Assembly (NCBI GenBank): GCA_964566495.1
Contig: CAZMIT010000041.1
Location: 1-13,660 of the forward strand
Source of the DNA: an uncultured bacterium
GTDB lineage: Bacteria > T1Sed10-126
Length of the DNA stretch: 13,660 nt
Direction: 5' to 3'
A program made the translations under genes and the position numbers. Numbering within the stretch: the stretch's first letter is position 1; every line of letters starts with the position of its first letter. This document shows, in pieces, positions 7,828 through 13,660 of this stretch. The notes under the pieces are model-generated. The model searched no databases. It was given only the letters and a program-made list of their open reading frames with translations, and was not told where the DNA came from.

Positions 7828-8385
7828 ATGTCCAGGCTTGGGAAACGTCCAATCGAGATACCCGATGAAGTAGAAGTTGAGGTTGATAATGGGGAAATTA
7901 TAGTTTCTGGTCCCAAGGGGGAGCTCTCCGAGGGGTTATCTCCCGGGATTACGGTTGAGATTAACTCGGACAATCTAAAAGTGAATCGCCGGGACGATTC
8001 AAAACAGCAGAAGAGCTTCCATGGGTTAATGTGGTCGCTCATTAACAATATGATAGATGGTGTTACAGAGAAGTTTGAAAAAACATTGGTCCTTAACGGA
8101 CTTGGTTATCGCGCTCAGCAGCGTGGTGACATTATTCAACTGGAACTTGGTTTTTCTAATCCGGTCCAGGTAGAAATACCGGACGATATAGATGTTGAAC
8201 TGCCTAACCGGACGACAATAAAGCTTTCCGGGATTGATAAACAGCGGCTCGGACAATTTGCAGCGCAGCTGCGTTATTTACGGGATCCGGACCCCTATAA
8301 CCAAAAAGGTATCAAGTATGAAGACGAACACATTCGCCAGAAGGTCGGGAAGACCGTAGGTGGCGAGGAAGCTCTGGGTGAATAA
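7828..8385 (+). CDS. rplF: 50S ribosomal protein L6 (uL6)
   Basis: MSRLGKRPIEIP, GPKGEL, GLGYRA, GIDKQRLGQFAA, PDPYNQKGIKY. Confidence 0.99.
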   Translation: MSRLGKRPIEIPDEVEVEVDNGEIIVSGPKGELSEGLSPGITVEINSDNLKVNRRDDSKQQKSFHGLMWSLINNMIDGVTEKFEKTLVLNGLGYRAQQRGDIIQLELGFSNPVQVEIPDDIDVELPNRTTIKLSGIDKQRLGQFAAQLRYLRDPDPYNQKGIKYEDEHIRQKVGKTVGGEEALGE

Positions 8386-8387
8386 TA

Positions 8388-8753
8388 GTGACTGCTAAAA
8401 TGAATTCAAAACAGCGACGCAAGAAAAAACATCGACGTGTGCGCAAGAAAGTTTCTGGCTCTCCGGCCCGCCCGCGCCTCTGCGTGACGAAAAGTCAAAA
8501 ACACGTCTACGCACAGTTGATTGACGATTTTTCTCAACGAACCTTGACCGGGGTGTCGAGTCAGACGCCCGAGATAAAAGATAAATTTGCACGAGGTAAC
8601 TGCGAGGCCGCACGTGAAGTGGGTCGGCTTATCGGTGAAAAAGCCGTGGAGCTTGGTTTCGACGAGGTAGTTTTTGATCGCGGCGGTTTTTCTTATCACG
8701 GCCGTATTGCTGCCGTGGCAGAAGGAGCACGCGAGGCAGGTCTCAAGTTGTGA
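8388..8753 (+). CDS. rplR: 50S ribosomal protein L18 (uL18)
   Basis: RPRLCV, YAQLIDD, VVFDRGGFSYHGRIAAVAEGAREAGL; GTG 8388 with GGTGA 8377-8381 (ATG 8400 is an alternative). Confidence 0.98.
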   Translation: MTAKMNSKQRRKKKHRRVRKKVSGSPARPRLCVTKSQKHVYAQLIDDFSQRTLTGVSSQTPEIKDKFARGNCEAAREVGRLIGEKAVELGFDEVVFDRGGFSYHGRIAAVAEGAREAGLKL

Positions 8754-8786
8754 ACCCCCAAACATTTTTTAAGGTAGGAGATATCA

Positions 8787-9452
8787 GTGGCTAAAAACGG
8801 CGAATTAGACGATAGAGTCGTTTACATTAACAGGGTTTCTAAAGCAATATCCGGTGGCTCAACCTTTACTTTCTCTACCATGGTAGCCGTCGGTAACGGT
8901 GACGGTCGGGTGGGAATTGGTATCGGCCAGGCGGATGAGGTTGCCCCCTCGATTCACAAGGGGAAGGCGGCGGCTAAGAAAAATATGATTGACGTCCCTC
9001 AGCTTGGTACAACTATACCGCATGAAATTGAGTATGAATACGATAGCGCTCATGTCTTGCTAAAACCGGCCCACCCCGGTACCGGGGTTATTGCCGGTGG
9101 TGCCGTCAGGGCGGTTGTTGAACTGGCCGGTATTAAGGATATTCTGACGAAATCACTTGGTTCGGATAATCCGCTAAATATAGCCCGGGCCACTTTTGAG
9201 GCTTTTAAAGAGATGCGCGACCCCCATAAAGTCGCTAATTTGCGTGGTATCCCAGTTGATCGATTACTGGTGGATAATCCCTATGGCGGGCTTGATGAAC
9301 TGGAAGAAGAAGACGCGGAAGCTGAAGCTGAAGAAGAGCCAGAGGAAGACGAAGAAACTGAAGCTGTTTCGGACCAGGACGTCGAAGAGGGCAAAGAAGT
9401 TTCGGAAAATGAAGAGGAAGAAGAAGAGGTGAAGACAGTTGAGACTACATGA
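8787..9452 (+). CDS. rpsE: 30S ribosomal protein S5 (uS5) with long acidic C-terminal tail
   Basis: INRVSK, GTTIPHE, LLKPAHPGTGVIAGGAVRAVVELAGIKDILTKSLGS; GTG start. Confidence 0.99.
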   Translation: MAKNGELDDRVVYINRVSKAISGGSTFTFSTMVAVGNGDGRVGIGIGQADEVAPSIHKGKAAAKKNMIDVPQLGTTIPHEIEYEYDSAHVLLKPAHPGTGVIAGGAVRAVVELAGIKDILTKSLGSDNPLNIARATFEAFKEMRDPHKVANLRGIPVDRLLVDNPYGGLDELEEEDAEAEAEEEPEEDEETEAVSDQDVEEGKEVSENEEEEEEVKTVETT

Positions 9453-9894
9453 TCTATCCCCGGCTCCCGGCAGTAAAAAGAAAAAGCTAAGAGAGGGTCG
9501 TGGCGCCGGAGCGCGGCGCGGCGAAAAAACAGGTCGGGGGACTAAGGGCCAGAAGAAACGTTTTAAAGTTCCCATTTATTTCGAAGGGGGACAAACCCCT
9601 CTTTATCGGCGTCTTCCCAAGCGCGGCTTTACTCCACCGGAGCGGGGCCCGGAGACAGAGGAAATTAACGTGCGCTCGCTAAATCAATTTGATGACGGTG
9701 AGACTGTCGACCCACAGCTCCTTAACGAAGCGGGGCTGGTTAATTCAACGGAACGGATTAAATTGCTCGGCGATGGGACCCTGGAGGTTTCACTGACTGT
9801 AGAAGTTCACGCGGCCTCATCCTCGGCCGTCGAGAAAGTTGAGGCCTGCGAGGGATCAGTAAAAATTATTAGTTCCACAGGTTCAGGGAGTTAA
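9439..9894 (+). CDS. rplO: 50S ribosomal protein L15 (uL15)
   Basis: LHDLSPAPGS, FEGGQTPLYRRLPKRGF, IKLLGDG; TTG start overlapping the rpsE end, SD GAGGTGA 9426-9432. Confidence 0.98.
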   Translation: MRLHDLSPAPGSKKKKLREGRGAGARRGEKTGRGTKGQKKRFKVPIYFEGGQTPLYRRLPKRGFTPPERGPETEEINVRSLNQFDDGETVDPQLLNEAGLVNSTERIKLLGDGTLEVSLTVEVHAASSSAVEKVEACEGSVKIISSTGSGS

Positions 9895-9899
9895 TTTTC

Positions 9900-11201
9900 G
9901 TGTTAGAAGCTTTTCTGAACGTATTCAAGATAGAAGACCTCAGGAACAAGATTCTCTTTACGTTAGGTTTAATTGCTGTTTACAGGCTTGGAGTTCAGAT
10001 TGTAATTCCCGGCGTTGATCCCGAAGCAGTTCGGCAGCTTGGTGAAGTTGGCGGCTGGCTGCAACTGGCTGACATGTTTTCGGGGGGCGCTTTTTCACAG
10101 TTTGCTATTCTTGCCCTTGGTATCATGCCTTATATTAGTTCTTCAATTATAATGCAGCTCTTGACGGCTGTTATTCCCCACCTGGAAGAATTAAAAAAGC
10201 AGGGAAAAGAAGGACGTGACCAGATAAACAAATATACCCGCTATCTGACCGTGTGTATAAGTTTAATTCAGGGTTTTGGGATGACACTGCACGCCGAGCA
10301 TGCCGGGGTGGCTCCTTCCACCTGGACTTTTCGCTTCGTTTCTGTGATTTCTCTGACTGCCGGAGCTATATTTATAATGTGGCTGGGGGAACAGATAAGT
10401 GAATACGGGATAGGAAATGGCATCAGCCTGATTATTTACGTCAGTATAATCGCCAGCTTACCGCAGTTTTTGCTCGGAATTTTCAGGGCCTGGAGAGCCG
10501 GGCAGTTTAACCCATTTAATTTTGCCACACTCTTCGCTCTCTTGCTGGGTCTATTCATTATTTGTGTCTGGGTGGAAACGGCTGATCGAAAAATACCGGT
10601 TAAGTATTCGAAACAGGTGCGGGGCCGTAAAGTCTACGGGGGACAGCAGACAGAACTGCCGCTGAAAGTTGATTACAGCGGCGTTATAGCCGTAATTTTT
10701 GCCTCAAGTGTGATGATGTTTCCCGCGCTGTTAGTTCAATTTTTCGTCGGTGGAGAGGCGATGCCCGGTTGGTTGCGTACTCTTACAGTCTGGCTCGGTC
10801 GCGGTAGTTTTCTCTATGCTCTTATTTTTGGCAGTTTGATTGTCTTTTTCTGTTATTTCTACACTGCTATAACTTTTAATCCAAATGACGTCGCCGACAA
10901 TTTAAAACAGAGCGGAGGTTTTGTTCCCGGGCGGCGCCCGGGACCCAGCACGGCAGAATACATTGATCGAATTCTGACAAGGATTACGCTTGTTGGAGCT
11001 CTTGTGGTCGTCTTTATTGCTTTAATTCCGGAATTCATTCCACAGTGGTTTGGAGTACAATTATTCTTTGGCGGGACTTCATTGCTGATTATGGTTGGTG
11101 TGGGTCTTGATTTTGTCCACCAGCTGGAAAGTCAACTACTTATGCGGCACTATGAAGGATTTATGGAGTCCGGCCGCGTGAAAGGGCGGGGATTTGGCTG
11201 A
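9900..11201 (+). CDS. secY: Preprotein translocase subunit SecY
   Basis: ALGIMPYISSSIIMQLL, WLGEQISEYGIGNGISLII, FVPGRRPG, GGTSLLIMVGV; multiple hydrophobic helices; GTG start. Confidence 0.99.
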   Translation: MLEAFLNVFKIEDLRNKILFTLGLIAVYRLGVQIVIPGVDPEAVRQLGEVGGWLQLADMFSGGAFSQFAILALGIMPYISSSIIMQLLTAVIPHLEELKKQGKEGRDQINKYTRYLTVCISLIQGFGMTLHAEHAGVAPSTWTFRFVSVISLTAGAIFIMWLGEQISEYGIGNGISLIIYVSIIASLPQFLLGIFRAWRAGQFNPFNFATLFALLLGLFIICVWVETADRKIPVKYSKQVRGRKVYGGQQTELPLKVDYSGVIAVIFASSVMMFPALLVQFFVGGEAMPGWLRTLTVWLGRGSFLYALIFGSLIVFFCYFYTAITFNPNDVADNLKQSGGFVPGRRPGPSTAEYIDRILTRITLVGALVVVFIALIPEFIPQWFGVQLFFGGTSLLIMVGVGLDFVHQLESQLLMRHYEGFMESGRVKGRGFG

Positions 11202-11842
11202 TGAGATTAATTATTATGGCACCGCCGGGGGGCGGCAAGGGAACACAAGCATCTAAGTTGTGTAACCGTTATAATATTCCTCAGGTAGAGACCGGGAAAA
11301 TATTACGCAAGGCTGTTAAGGAACAGACGGAGTTAGGACGACGTGCTGAAAAATACATGAATAGCGGTGAGTTGGTTCCGGACCAGGTTATGGTTGAAAT
11401 AATCCGCTCGCGACTTCGAAAGCCTGATTGTGAAAATGGTTTTGTGCTTGATGGTTTTCCCCGCACTATTCCCCAGGCTGAAGCACTGGAGGAGTTATTT
11501 GAAGAGGAAAATATCGAACTTGACGCGGTAATATATTTAAACGTGCCCGAGGAAATTATTTACCAGCGGCTGGGCCGGCGACGCGTTTGTTCAGAATGTG
11601 GAAGCACTTACCACCTGGACGTGGACCCACCGCAAGAAATCGGTGTCTGTGACAACTGTGGGTCTGAGGTCGTTCAGCGCGAGGATGATTGTAAAGAAGC
11701 AATAAAAAAGCGGTTGCAAGAATACCGTAATAAAACAAAACCGCTGTTAGAATTTTACGAGGAACGAGGACTTTTAACTGAAATAGACGGTGACCAACCA
11801 ATAGCTGAAGTGACGACAGCTATTAAAGAAGTATTGGAGTAA
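11201..11842 (+). CDS. adk: Adenylate kinase, long form with Cys4 zinc LID
   Basis: P-loop APPGGGKGTQA, GELVPD, LDGFPRT, CSEC...CDNC, QREDD. Confidence 0.98.
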   Translation: MRLIIMAPPGGGKGTQASKLCNRYNIPQVETGKILRKAVKEQTELGRRAEKYMNSGELVPDQVMVEIIRSRLRKPDCENGFVLDGFPRTIPQAEALEELFEEENIELDAVIYLNVPEEIIYQRLGRRRVCSECGSTYHLDVDPPQEIGVCDNCGSEVVQREDDCKEAIKKRLQEYRNKTKPLLEFYEERGLLTEIDGDQPIAEVTTAIKEVLE

Positions 11843-11844
11843 AT

Positions 11845-12609
11845 ATGGCCGCCAAACCTGACGTTTCGTTTGAGGGGATGAAGGCGGCTAACAAAATTGT
11901 AGCCGATTTGTTAGTACTTCTGCAAGAGAAAGTAAGTCCCGGGATCAACACACAGCAACTTGATGATATCGCTGAACAATATATAAGAGATCACGGCGGG
12001 ACGCCGGCTTTCAAAGGGTATCGCGGTTACCCGGCCACGATTACTACATCAATAAATGAACAGATTGTTCATGGAATTCCGTCGGTCGACCAAAAAATAT
12101 CAGAGGGCGATTTAGTATCTATTGATGTTGGTTGTGAATTGAACGGGTGTTATGGCGATTCCGCAGTAACAGTTGGAGTGGAGCCGCTGGATCCACCCGC
12201 CAGAAAATTAATGAAAGTTACTCGTGAATCGCTTTACAAAGGTATCAGTCAGGTCCGGGTCGGAAATCGTCTGGGAACTGTCGGGTCTGCTATTGAGGGA
12301 CACGTTATTCCTTTTGGTTTTAGTGTTGTAAAGGAATGGGCCGGACATTTTATTGGCGATGAGATGCATCTGGATCCGCAGATACCTAATTACGGTCCCG
12401 CTGATTGGGGCCCTGAGCTTGAGCCCGGAATGTATCTGGCCATCGAACCAATGGTGAATATTGGCGATTACAGGTCCGAGGTTCTTGATGACGGCTGGAC
12501 AGTAGTAACGAAAGATAGCAGTCTTAGCGCTCACTTTGAACATTCGGTGGCTGTTACCGAATCTGGGCCAAAAATTTTAAGTAGAAGAAAGAACGAGGTG
12601 TTAATGTAA
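11845..12609 (+). CDS. map: Type I methionine aminopeptidase
   Basis: HGIP, SIDVG, GDSA, GH.IG, IEPM, SAHFEHS; all five metal ligands recognisable. Confidence 0.98.
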   Translation: MAAKPDVSFEGMKAANKIVADLLVLLQEKVSPGINTQQLDDIAEQYIRDHGGTPAFKGYRGYPATITTSINEQIVHGIPSVDQKISEGDLVSIDVGCELNGCYGDSAVTVGVEPLDPPARKLMKVTRESLYKGISQVRVGNRLGTVGSAIEGHVIPFGFSVVKEWAGHFIGDEMHLDPQIPNYGPADWGPELEPGMYLAIEPMVNIGDYRSEVLDDGWTVVTKDSSLSAHFEHSVAVTESGPKILSRRKNEVLM

Positions 12610-12828
12610 ATGTCGGGTGACGATCCTATAGAAGTTGAAGGCGAAGTTATAAAAACGCTGCCCAACGCTAAGTTTCGAGTCGAACTTGAAAACGGCCACG
12701 AAGTTCTCGCACATATCTCAGGGAAAATGCGGATGCACTACATAGAAATTCTCCCTGGCGACAGGGTAAAAGTAGAGCTGTCCCCTTATGACCTGACCAG
12801 GGGGCGAATAACCTACAGATATAAGTAG
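12610..12828 (+). CDS. infA: Translation initiation factor IF-1
   Basis: [44 protein letters not shown]; 72 aa. Confidence 0.99.
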   Translation: MSGDDPIEVEGEVIKTLPNAKFRVELENGHEVLAHISGKMRMHYIEILPGDRVKVELSPYDLTRGRITYRYK

Positions 12829-12952
12829 CCGTTTTTATTAGCTTGGTCGTCGCGGCTGTTGAACGTACCGACGATCCACACTTCCCCTCATCTTGTTTTT
12901 GCTCCCCAAGAAGGGGGAAAAGATTTAGGTTTTGGCGCTGCTGTAAAAAACA

Positions 12953-12981
12953 TTGCAGTTGTCGTTTAATTTTGATATACT
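12953..12981 (+). promoter_or_regulatory. Internal sigma70/SigA-type promoter upstream of rpmJ-rpsM-rpsK
   Basis: TTGCAG 12953-12958, 17-nt spacer, TG at 12973-12974, TATACT 12976-12981; A-tract upstream. Confidence 0.7.
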
Positions 12982-13041
12982 ATTTCGCTTCAATAGTGGA
13001 GAGAAAAGCAAACAATTACGTTTAATTATCAGGTGGTTGAA

Positions 13042-13158
13042 ATGAAAGTTAAAGCGTCAGTCAAGAAACGTTGTGAAAGTTGTAAAATAATCCGTAGAAA
13101 TGGTGTTGTTCGGGTAATCTGCGACGCAGACCCGCGCCATAAGCAAAAACAAGGATAA
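13042..13158 (+). CDS. rpmJ: 50S ribosomal protein L36, zinc-binding form (missing from the ORF track)
   Basis: Manual translation [38 protein letters not shown] (38 aa), CxxC...C...H motif; SD CAGGTGG. Confidence 0.99.
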   Translation: MKVKASVKKRCESCKIIRRNGVVRVICDADPRHKQKQG

Positions 13159-13181
13159 ATTTTTTAAGAGGAGTCTGAAAG

Positions 13182-13562
13182 ATGAGAATTGGTGGCGTTG
13201 ATTTACCTAACGACAAACGCATAGAGATAGCTATGACCTATATTTACGGTATTGGGCGCTCTCTGTCAAATGAAATATTAGACAAGGCACAAATTGATCC
13301 CGATAAGCGGACTCATGAGCTTAACTCGAATGAGGTCTCAAGGCTCCGGAACTTAATTGAGCACGATTATACGATTGAAGGAGAGTTGCGCAACAAGGTA
13401 AAAAAAGACATACAGAGGTTGAAGGACATCGAGTGCTACCGGGGTATCAGACATAAGAAAGGACTGCCGGTTCGTGGACAGCGAACCCGCTGTAACGCAA
13501 GAACCAGGAAGGGTCCCCGGAAAACTGTAGCGGGCAAAAGTTCAGCTCCCGCTCCGACCTGA
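13182..13562 (+). CDS. rpsM: 30S ribosomal protein S13 (uS13)
   Basis: [42 protein letters not shown]. Confidence 0.99.
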   Translation: MRIGGVDLPNDKRIEIAMTYIYGIGRSLSNEILDKAQIDPDKRTHELNSNEVSRLRNLIEHDYTIEGELRNKVKKDIQRLKDIECYRGIRHKKGLPVRGQRTRCNARTRKGPRKTVAGKSSAPAPT

Positions 13563-13622
13563 TAGTCCCTCTCTTCGTTCGGGATAATCTTAATTTACTG
13601 TTAATTAAAACAGGAGGTAACT

Positions 13623-13660
13623 ATGGCAAAAGAGAAGGCAGAAGCGCACGCTGTAGCACA
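13623..13660 (+). CDS. rpsK: 30S ribosomal protein S11, N-terminus only (truncated by window edge)
   Basis: SD CAGGAGGT 13611-13618, ATG 13623, MAKEKAEAHAVA(H/Q) resembling the S11 'GVAHI' strand; synteny after rpsM. Confidence 0.75.
   Translation, partial: MAKEKAEAHAVA

Noticed and set aside
9196..9432. Lys-rich 78-aa alternative-frame ORF inside rpsE, at the position where rpmD would be (contains IKSLI and QRKT, faintly L30-like)
   Set aside because: It is the shifted-frame reading of the GAA-rich acidic tail; IKSLI overlaps conserved S5 sequence (KVANLRG), the L30 LGL and GM motifs are absent, and there is no clear SD.
623..12543. Numerous minus-strand and off-frame ORFs of 60-120 aa (e.g. 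623-916, 2120-2434, 4905-5225, 7686-8048, 8406-8765, 12208-12543)
   Set aside because: All shadow well-conserved + strand genes and show no recognisable motifs.
12843..13025. 60-aa ORF in the infA-rpmJ spacer
   Set aside because: TTG start without an SD, no recognisable family, and it runs across hairpins and a good promoter.
13563..13610. Possible hairpins between rpsM and rpsK (GTCCC/GGGAT; TTAATT/AATTAA)
   Set aside because: Stems are only 5-7 bp and weak or AT-rich; not distinguishable from chance.
1..13660. Alternative genetic code, programmed frameshift, intein or intron in the r-protein genes
   Set aside because: TGA, TAA and TAG all end genes at the expected positions, and the ORFs are full length with no internal insertions.

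Overview
The window is the core bacterial ribosomal-protein superoperon, all on the + strand: 3' part of tuf, then rpsJ-rplC-rplD-rplW-rplB-rpsS-rplV-rpsC-rplP-rpmC-rpsQ-rplN-rplX-rplE-rpsN(Zn type)-rpsH-rplF-rplR-rpsE-rplO-secY-adk-map-infA-rpmJ-rpsM and the start of rpsK. I see no mobile-element genes, CRISPR array, tRNA or rRNA. Departures from the textbook locus: (1) a 224-nt rpsJ-rplC spacer holding a ~108-nt rod-like hairpin and a cUUCGg hairpin, the best candidate for an undescribed cis-regulatory or processing RNA; (2) further structured spacers on both sides of rpsN and between infA and rpmJ; (3) no rpmD (L30), with a very acidic 53-aa S5 tail in its place; (4) acidic tails and loss of basic residues in normally conserved rRNA-contacting loops, suggesting a divergent, possibly salt-in halophilic lineage; (5) frequent GTG/TTG starts. 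All structures were paired by eye and all family comparisons are from recalled consensus sequences, not from searches.
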